A stretch of DNA of 64,000 bases from Felis catus (Eukaryota): positions 9,548,001-9,612,000 of the forward strand of contig NC_058368.1 in NCBI RefSeq assembly GCF_018350175.1. Direction: 5' to 3'. Under the pieces are notes generated by a model. The model was given only the letters and a program-made list of their open reading frames with translations, did not search any database and was not told the DNA's origin. Positions 52,222 through 64,000 of the stretch are shown here, piece after piece (the stretch's first letter is position 1; every line of letters starts with the position of its first letter). Position numbers and translations under genes: made by a program.

Positions 52222-53612
52222 ATTAACAGCAAAAGAAACAACAGATGTTGGCGAGGAAGTGGAGAAAGGGGAACCCTCTGTTGCCCCTTTGGTGGGAATG
52301 CCAACCGGTGCAGCCACTCTGGAGAGCAATATGGAGGTTCCCCAAAAAACTAAAATAGGGGTGCCTGGGTGGCTCAGTCGGTTCAGGTCACGATCTCGCA
52401 GTTCGTGAGTTAGAGCCCCACTTCAGACTCTGTGCTGACAGCTCAGAGCCTGGAACCTGCTTTGGATTCTGTGTCTCCTCTCTCTGCCCTTTGCTTCCTC
52501 TCTGTCTCTCTCTCTCAAAACTAAATAAACATTAAAAAAAAAAAAAAAACACCTAAAACTAGAACTACCCTACGATCCAGCAATTACACTACTAGGTATT
52601 TACCCATAGGATACAAAAATACAGATTCGAAGGGGCACATGCATTCTGATGTTTATAGCAGCATTATCAACAATAGCCAAACTATGGAAAGAGCCCAGAT
52701 GTCCATCAAGTGATGGATAGAGAGGATGTGGTATATATATGATTGAATATTACTCAGCCATCAAAAAGAATGAAGTGTTGCCATTTGCAACGACATGGAT
52801 GGAGCTAGAATGTATTATGCTAAGCGAAGTAAGTCAATCAGAGAAAGATAAGTACCATATGATTTCACTCAAGTGTAGAATTTAAGAAACAAAACAAATG
52901 AACATATGGGAAGGGGGTGGGGAAGAGGAGAGAAGGAAATAAACCACAGGAGACTCTTGACTATAGAAAACAACTGAGGGAGGATGGAGGCAGGTGGGTG
53001 GGAGATGGGCTAGATGGGTAATGGGTATTAAAGAAGGCACTTGTGGATGCCTGGGTGGGGCTCAGTCTTAAGGGTAAGCATCGGGGCGCCTGGGTGGTGC
53101 AGTTGGTTGGGCGTCCGACTTCGGCCAGGTCACGATCTCGCAGTCCGTGAGTTCGAGCCCCGCGTCAGGCTCTGGGCTGATGGCTCGGAGCCTGGAGCCT
53201 GTTTCCGATTCTGTGTCTCCCTCTCTCTCTGCCCCTCCCCCGTTCATGCTCTGTCTCTCTCTCTCTCCCAAAAATAAATAAAAACGTTGAAAAAAAATTA
53301 AAAAAAAAAGGGTAAGCATCCAACTCTTGATTTCAACTTAGGTCATGATCTCACATTTTGTGAGATGGAGCCCCATGCTCAGTGTAGAGCCTGCTTGCTC
53401 TCCCTCTTCCCCTCCCTGCTCACAAGTATGCGTGTTCTCTCTGTCTCGAAATAGATAAAGAAACTTTCAATAAGTAAATAAATAAGGCACTTGTTATGAT
53501 GAGCACTCAGTGTCGTACGTCAGTGACGAATCACTGAATGCTACTTCTGAAATCAATATTGCACTGCATGTTAACAATTAAAATTTAAGTAAAAAGTAAA
53601 AAAAAAATTAAA
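52222..53612 (+). mobile_element. 5'-truncated carnivore L1 3' end carrying three SINEs
   Basis: L1 ORF2 end and 3'UTR; 22-bp TSD aagaatat(t/g)ggttagcctgtca at 52200-52221 and 53613-53634. Confidence 0.9.
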
Positions 53613-53634
53613 AAGAATATGGGTTAGCCTGTCA

Positions 53635-53850
53635 TTACAAACCCAAATAATGGTGGGCCCAACTAGACTAGAGATTTATTTCTCCCTCATTTGGAGGTCC
53701 GGATACATGTACAGGGCTGATATGGTAGTTCACAATCATCAGAGACCCATGCTCCTTTTATCTATTCATCTGCCATTTACAACATGTGGATCCTATCTCA
53801 TCCTACAAGATAGCTGCTCTAACACCTGCCGCTATGTTGTATTCCAGCCC
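53635..53850 (-). mobile_element. Old MaLR LTR fragment (MLT1-type), interrupted by the L1 at 52222-53612
   Basis: ttacaaacccaaataatggtgg...gatttatttctccctcat resembles an MLT1 LTR end. Confidence 0.5.
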
Positions 53851-54023
53851 CTCAAGTCCATTCTACATACCGCGGCTAGAATAATGGTACTAAAATGCAC
53901 ATTTAATCATGTCATCCCTCGGCGTAGAAACCAGTGGCACTTCCAGCCTACAGTAGAGTTCCCCAAACTTTTTTTTTAACGATAAATCCCTGTACTCAGT
54001 ACAGACATACATATACATGCACA

Positions 54024-54024
<1 letters not shown>

Positions 54025-54069
<45 letters not shown>
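54025..54069. repeat. (CA)n microsatellite
   Basis: Perfect CA run of about 22 units. Confidence 0.98.
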
Positions 54070-54071
<2 letters not shown>

Positions 54072-54847
54072 AAACGTGTATCTCCAACACATGTAAGTTT
54101 CATGAAGCAAAACACACTCTTACTACTACTCTGATATTTCCTATTCTATTTCTTTACATCGAATTCATGAACTACTAATGGATGTAGGCAAACACAGGCC
54201 TACGGGGTGGTGACCTGTTTGCTTTCTCCCTGCACTCCAAACCCCTCCTGCTCCAGACCTATATACCTCCTCCTTCCGTCTATAACCACCTTTCCCAACT
54301 GGCCCTCTCACCTTCCCAGTCCCGCCATGCTTTTCAAGAATCAGCTCAGGCATTGCTTCTGGAACCCATTCCTTGGTGCCCAGTCCCTTTCCGTGAGCCC
54401 CATAACACTCTACGTCTCCCCCATCATAGCACTTAGGCTGATTCTTCTCCTCTGTTCACATCTCTGCTCCCCGCTAAGCCACTTCCTTGAGAATGGGGAC
54501 TGTGACTAAGGTTGACATATCCTCAGCCCTTGCATGGTGACTGACATAAAGTCAAAACCTAATAAATGTTTCTTGCGTGAATAAGTAAATGAATGAATGT
54601 CACAGGGAAAGAAGTTGCTGACAACATTTACTGAAAATCTATTCTGTGTAAGTGTGGTGCTAGAGAGAATCATGAAAAAGATAGCAGAAGTTGACAGTGA
54701 TGAATTTTAAAAAAGGTATAAATGACCAGAGTTCATAAATAAGGAGAGTCTTTATATCTACAACTAAGTGCCATCAAGTGTCTCACTGACAATGGATTGA
54801 GTGGTGTTAGGTGGCATTGAAAGACCCCATTTCTTGCATCCCTTCTC

Positions 54848-56321
54848 TCTTTTTTTTTTTTATTTTTTTTTTAACGTTTATTTATTTTTGAGACAGGGAG
54901 AGACAGCATGAACGGGGGAGGGTCAGAGAGAGAGGGAGACACAGAATCCGAAACAGGCTCCGGGCTCTGAGCTGTCAGCACGGAGCCCGACGCGGGGCTC
55001 GAACTCACGGACCGCGAGATCATGACCTGAGCCGAAGTCGGATGCCCAACCGACTGAGCCACCCAGGCGCCCCATTGCATCCCTTCTCTTAATCCATTTC
55101 CTGTTTCATCTCCTACAAGAAAACTCAGACGTCCCTCAGACGTCTCTCTCCTAACCCGGGCTTATTCTCCGACAGTGAGGCCCAGTGTAGAGCAAAGGAA
55201 TAGAGCGCTATCCATGTGATTTTTTTTTTCAATTTTTTTTTAATGTTTCTCATCTTTGAGAGACAGAGACAGAGACAGAGACCAAGCAGGGAAGGGGAAG
55301 AGAGAGAGGGCGGCACAGAATCTGAAACAGGCCCCAGGCTCTGAGCGGTCAGCACAGAGCCCGACGCGGGGCTCGAACTGACGGACCTCGAGATCATGAC
55401 CTGAGCCACAGTGGGCCGCCCAACCGACTGAGCCACCCAGGCGCCCCAAATAGCCATGTGATTTTGGATCAAGTACCCCACGTGACTAATTCAGGGCCTT
55501 TCAAAACAGGCCCAGGGAGCCAAAATGAGGTAATATGACGTGTTACAGACTTCGAGGGTGGTTAAGGACACACACAGCAGCTGCTGCAGCTGCCTTCATG
55601 AGCCAGAAAATTCAGGAGTTCAGCAGGAAGGGAAGTGTGAATCCAAAATGGATGCAGTGTCTCACTTTCAGACACTTCTTTGACTCTGGGAAACCTGGTC
55701 TTCTCAGGTCAGTTCTGGATTCCTGCCTGGTGAATTCATGAAAAAATCAGGCCAAAAACATACACAGGCGACACGGAAAAGAATAAAATATTACAAAGCA
55801 ACAACTTACACTTTGGGGTTAATTTAAAATCCCAGATGCGGGGCGCCTGGGTGGCGCAGTCGGTTAAGCATCCGACTTCAGCCAGGTCACGATCTCGCGG
55901 TCCGTGAGTTCGAGCCCCGTGTCGGGCTCTGGGCTGATGGCTCAGAGCCCGGAGCCTGTTTCAGATTCTGTGTCTCCCTCTCTCTCTGCCCCTCCCCCGT
56001 TCATGCTCTGTCTCTCTCTGTCCCAAAAATAAACAAACGTTGAAAAAAAAAATTAAATTAAAAAAATAAATAAATAAAATAAAATAAAATCCCAGATGCA
56101 GGGATGCCTGGGTGGCCCAGTCGGTTAAGCATCCAACTTCGGCTCACAGTTCATGAGTTCGAGCCCCATGTCGGGCTCTCTGCTGTCAGCTCAGAGCCTG
56201 CTTTGGATACTCTGTCCCCCTCCCTTTGTCTCTGTCTTTGCCTCTCCCCCCAATCACGCTTGTGCCCACACTTTCTCTCTCTCTCTCTCTCTCTCTCTCA
56301 GATTAAAAAAAAAAAAAAAAA
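54848..56321. mobile_element. CanSINEs 54848-55073(-), 55220-55447(-), 55840-56085(+, young Fc type), 56101-56321(+)
   Basis: SINEC motifs; TSDs ttgcatcccttctct, ccatgtgatttt and aaaatcccagatgc. Confidence 0.92.
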
Positions 56322-56882
56322 GTAGCATTATCTCCTTTGATCCCAGAGCAGCCCTGTGAGGGAGGTCCAAGTATGATCCCATTTTATAGATGAGGAAACT
56401 GAGAGGTTAAGTGACTGTCTCTGGGTCACACAGTGAGTAAGTAACTAGAATTGTATGGAATTCTAATTCATAATACTATTGATCTGTTACAAGGGAACCG
56501 CAATCAGAAGGCTGGATTCTAACCCCAGCACTGCCAGCCGCTTAGCTGTGTCATCTTGGAATGTCATTCGGCCTTTCTGAGCCACATTTCCTCATCTACA
56601 AAAAATGCACATAGTAACACCTTCCCTATCTGCCTGGGGCGGCGGGGGCGGGGGATGCTTATGGGGACAGAACCCGGGGTACGTGTGAAAGTGCTTTATA
56701 ACTGGTTTGGTAATTTCAGCAAAATAATGAGAATGCTTGTTACAGTGCCTTTTACTGCAGTCATTCAATAATTTTGCAGCATATATTGCCTTTGTGACAC
56801 CCCGGCGGCCCCCACCCGCACAGGTGCACCTGCAGCAGGCCGGTGGGGGAGGAGAAGCTTTCTTCTCCGAGGGACTTTAGGG

Positions 56883-57048
56883 CAGCAAATTCTCAACGTT
56901 GTAGCACGTTAGCGTCACCCGGAGCACGTTAAATACGCGCCTGCCTCGACCCCACTGTGACCGATGAAAATTTTAATGGGGGTGGGTGGTAGTGGAGATG
57001 GGACTGGGCACCGGGATTTTTTTGACGGTGCCCCAGTGGGAAGCACTG
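56883..57048 (+). mobile_element. MER5-type hAT-Charlie MITE
   Basis: Ends cagcaaattctcaac / gggaagcactg; internal ttagcgtcacccggag; degenerate 8-bp TSD ctttaggg/ctgtagag. Confidence 0.65.
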
Positions 57049-58730
57049 CTGTAGAGACCACGGATGTGCTCCAGAGATGGCGGTACCTAAGCAGAGTGGG
57101 TCCGAGGGTCGCTTGGGAAAGAGGTCCAGGCGTTGGACCTTGAAGCACAAAGATCCCAGGGCCCTTCCATCACCTATGCAACTGACCTCCTTTCTGCAGC
57201 CACTGTCAGGAGAAAGGAGCCCAAGCAGTACAAGAGCCCCCGTCCTCGTCACTGTTTCTCTACTAAAATCTGCCTCCCCAAAACATTCCACAGTATGTTC
57301 CCATGTCAAGGACTACTCACCTATGAACTCCCTCCTCGTACCAGAAATGAGGAAACAAAATCAAGAAAAGGATTCGATTTGGGGGAGAATCCCTCTTTAG
57401 ATCTGGGCACCACAAGCAAGGGACATTTCTCTTAAGCTGATCCCACTGGAAATTACTTCGAGATGAATGCCATGGTCTCATTTGATCGATTCTCTCCCAA
57501 GACTGGAAACGATTTGGTAGGAGGAAACTCCTGCTACAAGACCTGGAGATTTCAATAATGAAGCGGTTTATCTCTCATCCGAGAAGAGTTTATAGTCCAC
57601 AGCATAGCCTGGAGACAAATACCCAGCCTCTGGGACCCCACAAAGGCAGTAATTAGGCGGCATTTTATTGTGATGCAATGGGTGTGTGCGAAAGAAGGAG
57701 CCAGGCTACTCTCAGGGGCTTTGGAACCAAATTGGCTTCCCGGAGAGCCAACAGAAGAAAACTGGCAACCTAAAAATATTTAAAGAGCGTAGGACCCCCA
57801 AGGGAAAATTGCCAACTATTGAAGTGAAAAAGACTGAGCATTTGCTAAGTCCAAAAAGGAACTTTTTAATGAAAAACTCAGCAAAGTGCACAGACTTTGG
57901 GCAAGGATCTTAAAAACATAATAATTAAGGTCATACCAACATAGACAGAGTAATCAAACCGGGGACTTTGTATTTTCTTTATAAGGACATAAGAGAAAGC
58001 ACCTAAAAATAGGCTCCACAGATAATGATCCCTTCTTTCTCCCAAGTTCGTGAGGTTACAACACCTTCACTGTACAGAAGATAGGCTCCATCTCACCATC
58101 TGTCAGGCGTAAACCTGAACATGATCTCAAGATCTTTTTCTCTGGGCTGTAATTACAATTCTGTTACTTATTCCTCAACACAGCCTACATCTCACATGCT
58201 CCTTATAGGAATGATATGCAGTGGGTGCTATGGTTAAGGAAGCTCTCAGGCACCAGGCTCAGCTGCCTGGCCCAAGCTGTCTGACCTTGGCAATGACTTC
58301 ACCTCTTTGCGCCTTGGTTTCCTTGGCTGTATAATGGGCATGACGATAGTACCAGCCAGACTCACGGTGCCTGACACACGGTAAGAACTCAAAAAACATT
58401 CGCTGTTATTATCACTGTACTTTCCTTTTCCCTTAGTGCCTGTAAAAATATTTAACCTATTTTAAAAACAAAAAGCAAGACACACGGGCTAACAAAGGAT
58501 TGTTTTCAGATTCGTGGGTTTATATTTATGTGGAACGTCTCAACAAGCCATCGAGTTACACATTCAGGGTATTGTTTTTTTATTACAAGCAATTCTACAT
58601 CCAGAAAGTATTCTACAATGTGGTCCCTGATCTCAACTAGTTTATGCTGCGTTTGAGAGACAGAATATACGCTCATGAATCAGTAATTACAAATCCAAAA
58701 CTTCACGATTGTGTATAAAGTAAGCAGGTC

Positions 58731-61700
58731 AGGGCAGCTGGGCGGCTCGGTCCGTTAAGCATCTGACTTCAACTCAGGTCATGATCTCACGGTTCATGAG
58801 TTCAAGCCCCACATCGGCTCTCTGCTGTCAGCACAGAGCCCACTTTGTATTCCTCTGCACCCCCCCCCCCGCCCCCACCCCTCCTCGGCTCACTCTCTCT
58901 CTCAAAAATAAATTAAAACAAAAAAGTAAGTAGTTGGGACCATAAGAGCTAAAAAACCTGAGGAAACCAGGTCTTCATTGTGTACCTAAAGTTGACAGAG
59001 AACGGAGACCGTGAAATACAGGTGAGAAAATGAAGGAATGTTCTAGCAGGAAGGGGAGACGGGAAAGGACGGGCAAGTAAACGGAACCATTCGTCTGGAA
59101 CAGGCCATTTGTGTCCGACATCAGATGAGACAAATTGACACATCTACTCCAGCAGGCGCAGGCTACATGGTTGAGGGCTCCGAATGCCCTCACCCTGAGA
59201 GCCCCTGAGAGTATTCTACAATGCGGTCCCTGATCTCGAGGTTTTGTTAGTTGGGAAGAGGCACAGTCGCAGATATAGGGTTCACGTGGGGAGAGACCAG
59301 AAGCAGGGAGAAAAGTCGGACGACTTTTAGTAATAACCTAGGTATGAGGTGACGAGGTCCTGGACCAAGGTGGGGGCATTGAGAACACAAAGTGACAGGC
59401 ATGAGAGATACGACACAGATTTGTCCCCTTCACCCCATTCTCATAGCCTAAATGCTCCCTGGACTCAGCCTTTGTTATCCGAGCACAGGAGGCCAAATTC
59501 AGGAGCACCAGATGCATTCCCGAGGTTTCCAAGCATGTCTGGGCTCTGGGGCTCCTCTAGCTCCCTTTCTTGGGTGCTAGAGCGTGAAGGCTCTGTGGGC
59601 TCAGGAAGCTATTCTTGTGTCCTAGTGGACTGTCTCATCCTAATTCCCACTTGCTGCCTCTTGCCCTTCTATCTAGACAGTAAGACAAAATCGTATTCAT
59701 TTCTTGCTCCTTCTGAAGGTTATACGGTATTCCCAATTGTGCGGGGCTTTTTAAATTATTTGAAATTATCTTTGAACTTTTTAACGTTTACTTCTTTTTG
59801 AGAGACCAAGAGACGGCATGAGTCTGGGGAGAGGTAGAGAGAGAGGGAGACACAGAATCCGAAGCAGGCTCCAGGCTCTGAGCTGTCAGCACAGAGCCCA
59901 ACGTGGGTTTTGAGCTCACGAACCGTGAGATCGTGACCTGAGCCGAAGTCAGACGCTCAACCAACTGAGCCACCCAGGCGCCCCTGTGTTAGTGAATACT
60001 TTTAAATTAATACGTCATGAGTAAATTAGAACGTAGGTTAAAAAGGTCACAAAAGTATACTTTTTAAATGAACGCAGTTTACCGTACCTAAATTATTCCT
60101 TGGTAAGTTGAAAAGAAAAACAAGCAGGTTTACTGAACATACGAAACAGTGACAATCACAGATAGAAAGCCAAGTAAAAAAAAACTCAACTGACTAGTTA
60201 CTTTACTCCCAAGGTCTTTTTTTTTTTTTTTTTTTTTTTTAGAGAGAGAGAGAGAGAAAGAGAGAGGGAGACAGGCAGAGAGAGAATCTCAAGCCGGCTC
60301 CGTGTTATCAGGGCAGAGCCCAACTCAGGACTCCAACTCACAAACCATGAGATCATGACCTGAGCCGAAATCAAGAGTCGGTCGCTCAACCAACTGAGCC
60401 ACCGGGGCGCCCCCAGTCCCGAGGCATTTGCTATTGGTCCAGAAGGCTAGACGTTTGTTATGTGTAGGATAATATACCTCACATTGTATCGTGGGATCAT
60501 CCCTTATGCAAGATTAACAAAATGAAAAAACAGAACATCCACCTTCGGTTGTGCCCTGGATAGTAGTTTAAAGAGATGATTAGTCTCGGTAACCTCTTAA
60601 AATGCCTTTGAACTCGGCAAGTCACATGCAGCTTGGTGCTTTCTGTGTCGAATTTAATGATGGAGACAGTGACACGTAGAGCCCCCCCCCCCTTGGAGTG
60701 GTCTCCTGGTGGGCAGCACGAGTGTCACCTGGGGGTGTGCTGCTCGAACCCCACCCAACACCTTCTGAACCAGAGTGGGAGGGGCCCAGGTCCCTGTGTG
60801 CCGCGGTCCACACAGCAGGTGGGAGCAGAAACCTAATGAAAAGCCACGTGGCTGAAAATAAAATAAATGTAGTCGCTTCATCAGCATAGTTTTATAGTTA
60901 CACACCTCTTCGGGCAGAATAGTCTCCTAACTATTTTTGAGCTTTAGAACTTAACGATTTTCCAGTCAACGTTCCACAACACTGGCGTACCTTTAGGACT
61001 ATCTTACGGCAATCTCCAGGAAGAGAAGGAAGAAGAGGGTGTGAGTGGGAAGGACCTGATTTATATTCGGGTCCAAGCACTGAGAAACACGCACCTCGCT
61101 CCTTTCCTCACGCCGCCATCACTTGGGGGAGTGAGAGCACGCTTTAGATTAAAAATGGTTCAAACCGACTTGGCCATAAATTGGCATTCTCATGCATCTT
61201 AAAAAGCACGCGCCTTCCGAGACACTCGGCTCCTAGAATCTAATCACGGCAGACACTCCCCTCATCCCCCCACCCCCAGCCCCGTGCTGGAGTCGCTCGG
61301 CCTCTGCTTTGCTATCTGTGGTTGTCAGGTGCACTACCTCCCGTGCAGGCCATGTTCAACCACACCTACAGCCGCCTCTCACAGTGTGCGTGCCGTGCTG
61401 TGAGCGTGGGCTCTCCTGCCCCACAGCCGCCCTCTCTATCCATGAGTCTCAGCTCAAATGCTTGGTCCTCCGGAAGCTCTTCCGGAATCACCCAGGCAGA
61501 TTCACTCCCTTTGTACACAAATCCATTATAGCCATTATATTTTCTGTATTTTTAAAATATTTATTCATTTTTTTAACTTTCTATTTATTTTTTGAGAGAC
61601 AGACCGTGAACAGAGAAAGGGCAGAGAGAGAAGGAGACACAGAATCCGAAGCAGGCTCCAGGCTCTGAGCTGTCGGCACAGAGCCCGACGCGGGGCTCGA

Positions 61701-62680
61701 ACTCACAAACCGTGAGATCATGACCTGAGCTGGAGTCGGACGCTTAACCGACTGAGCCATCCAGGCGCCCCTATTTATTTATTTTGCGAGAGAGACAGTG
61801 CAAGCAGGGGCAGAGAGAGAGAGGGAGAGAGGGAGAATCCCAAGCAAGCTTCAAGCGGTCAGCACAGAGCCCAAGACAGAGCTCAATCCCACGAACCGTG
61901 AGGTCATGACCTGGGCCAAAATTATGAGTTGGATGCTTCACTGAATGAGCCACCCAGGCACCACTCTCATAGCATATGTTTATACTCCAATTTCTCTCTC
62001 CATTGGACTACATCCCTTAAGGACAGGAATGATGTCTTACCTTTTGCGGGCTCAGCAGCTGGTTTATTGCCCCATAACAAAGTAGTGTTTAATGAATACA
62101 TCGTACGAATAATTGAACGAATGAACGAGTGAATGAATTATACCTAAATGAAGTTCTACAGAAGCATAGAGGCGGCAGCTATAACCACTGACCAGCCACA
62201 CCAAGGAGACGGCATCCGAGCTCGGTATTAAAGGACAAATCTGATTTTTAGGAAGGGAAAGGGAAGTAAGAATCACAAACAGAAGAGGGGCATGCACAAA
62301 GTCATGGGGGTGGGAAATATGGCAGCCTTCCCAGAAAGCGACGAATACTCTACGTCCAGTAGCAGACAGACATTAAAAAGGAAGAAGCCGGGGCTGACAC
62401 TTAGACCAGGATAATGTGTGAAGAGCTTAGGCTTTATTCTGGACGTGGTGACAAACCATGAGGGGCGCCTGGGTGGCTCGGTAGGTTGAGCGTCTGACCT
62501 CAGCTCAGGTCACGATCTCGATCTCGTGGTTTGTGAGCTCAAGCCCCAGAGGGAGCTCGCTGCTGTGAGCACAGAGCCCGCTTCGGATCCTCTGTCTTCC
62601 TCTCTCGCTGCCCCTCCCCAGCTCACACTCTCCCTTTCTCTCTCAAAAGTAAATAAACATTAAAAAAAAAAAAAAAAAAC
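58731..62680. mobile_element. CanSINEs 58731-58925(+), 59775-59983(-), 60217-60414(-), 61565-61771(-), 61772-61962(-), 62462-62680(+)
   Basis: SINEC head, (CT)n and A-tail motifs. Confidence 0.88.
60680..60815. mobile_element. Degenerate MER5-like fragment
   Basis: gtggtctcctggtgggcagcacgagtgtcacctggg...ccccacccaacaccttctgaaccagag...ggggcccagg. Confidence 0.45.
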
Positions 62681-64000
62681 GAATCATGAAGGAACTTTGA
62701 TACGTGATCGGATGGGTGACTTCCCTGGAGATCGGTTAGGAGGAAATTGCTGCTGTCCAGGGATTTATAGTTATAGCTGATAAAGCACAGCAACAGTGGA
62801 ACAAAGCAAACAAGGGAAACCTGAGGGACCTTTTGGAAATAGGAGCGACCCGCTGAATGTGGGAAGCGAGGGACCCGTGCGGCTGAAGACTGACCTGAGC
62901 CCTCTGACCTGGTGACTTGAGTGCAGGCTCGGACAGCACCGCAGGGTTTTGGTGGACTCCTGGCACTCACTTAGCGTGCAGCCGGGGGCACTGAGCAAAC
63001 GTGCCTCGCCAGAATTCATGTTCCTTATGCGCGCCAAATACTTTAAAAAAGGGAAATATTGCAATCCTTATGATGAAATGTCTTTTTCAGAGACTCTCTG
63101 AGCGTTTCTTAGACTCTCAGCATGTTTTTCAACCACAGATGGATTCACAACCCCTTCAACGGTCTCGTTCAACCTGTCCACCCACCAAACTGCCCCCTGC
63201 CCCCTCCAGAAACGGAAATCACCTTGAGGATCGTGTGTGTTGGGGGTTGGGGGGGGGTGAGACAGGCAAGTGCTTGGTATTTTTACTTTTTTGGAAGGGA
63301 GTGCTAGGACAGTTTCAGCCCACCGAAAAGAAATCCAAAACAGTAAAACGGGCTGAATGTGTTTCTCCGGTAGAAGAAAAGAAAGCAAACCTACTACAGG
63401 TAAATTGAAATCCGCAAATAGACCCGCCACGCATCGCTGAGACATTCTTGGGATAATGGCTTAGTTAGACTGGGGCCACAAATCTTTACATTTCTTCACT
63501 CGCCTGGCAGGACTAATGAGATTTTATGGCGGGCAGGCTGTTTATCCCTTGGGTGACATTGGCAAGAACAACTACATCTTTATGAGTTAAGACTTTTCTG
63601 CACTGCAGCTTTTTTCCCCACCAAAGACTGCCCCAGCCTGGATCACAACACACACAACACGTAAGAACCTCATTTCTTCGCGTAAACACTCCACCGCCCC
63701 CTTCTGTTGTTTGGCTCCGAACCTTCTTTCCTAACGTCGCGTCACTCCGTCAAAGGGGCTGGCAGAAAAAAATGGACCAATGGAAAAGGGAAGAAAAGGT
63801 CTCAAGGGGACCTGCAAAGAGAGATAGGGCTGACAGCTCCACTTCTAGAACATTCGGTGTGCCCCAAAGCCATTAGGAATAGAGCTGCAGACCCTCTGTT
63901 ACAGGCAGTACAGGCGGGGCTCTGCTCCCATCAGCAGTGGTAAGAGATAAGAGCACAGTGACCTCCCACTTCCGTCTGGGAAAAGGATTCGACCCCTTTT

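Noticed and set aside
2030..61953. Many short similar ORFs (WVAQSV...AQVMIS...GSVLTAQSLEPASDSVSPSLS)
   Set aside because: These are chance translations of CanSINE copies, not a gene family.
56915..63943. 100-150 aa ORFs in the upstream region
   Set aside because: No recognisable homology or exon structure; several overlap MER5 or SINE sequence.
1..64000. CRISPR array, prokaryotic operon or defence system, rRNA
   Set aside because: The DNA is mammalian intronic/intergenic sequence. The recurring repeats are dispersed SINE/L1 copies, not regularly spaced repeat-spacer units.

Overview
Mammalian genomic DNA, almost certainly from a cat-family (Felidae) genome, judged by the many feline-type CanSINEs and carnivore L1s. 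The window holds the 5' part of KATNAL1 (katanin p60 A-like 1) on the minus strand. That part comprises a CpG-island promoter at about 39.8-41.2 kb with ZNF143/ACTACA and RFX X-box motifs, candidate non-coding first exon(s), the start-codon exon (CDS 20037-20198) and the next coding exon (17887-18047); the gene runs off the left edge. Intron 1 contains a sense-oriented MPLKIP processed pseudogene, a nearly complete fossil hAT-Charlie (Cheshire/MER58-type) DNA transposon, and an internally deleted L1 that keeps its 5'UTR and has a second L1 nested in it. The 41-64 kb stretch is repeat-rich upstream/intergenic DNA (SINEs, L1, MaLR/ERVL LTRs, Tigger1, MER5, MIR/L2). I found no CRISPR, rRNA, true tRNA or prokaryote-style system. 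The most novel hypothesis is a possible internal first exon in intron 3: an RFX-like box overlaps a strong-Kozak ATG followed by a phase-matched GTAAGT donor, which would give a KATNAL1 isoform lacking the MIT domain. This is inference only. Repeat family names come from recall of consensus sequences, and repeat boundaries are approximate.
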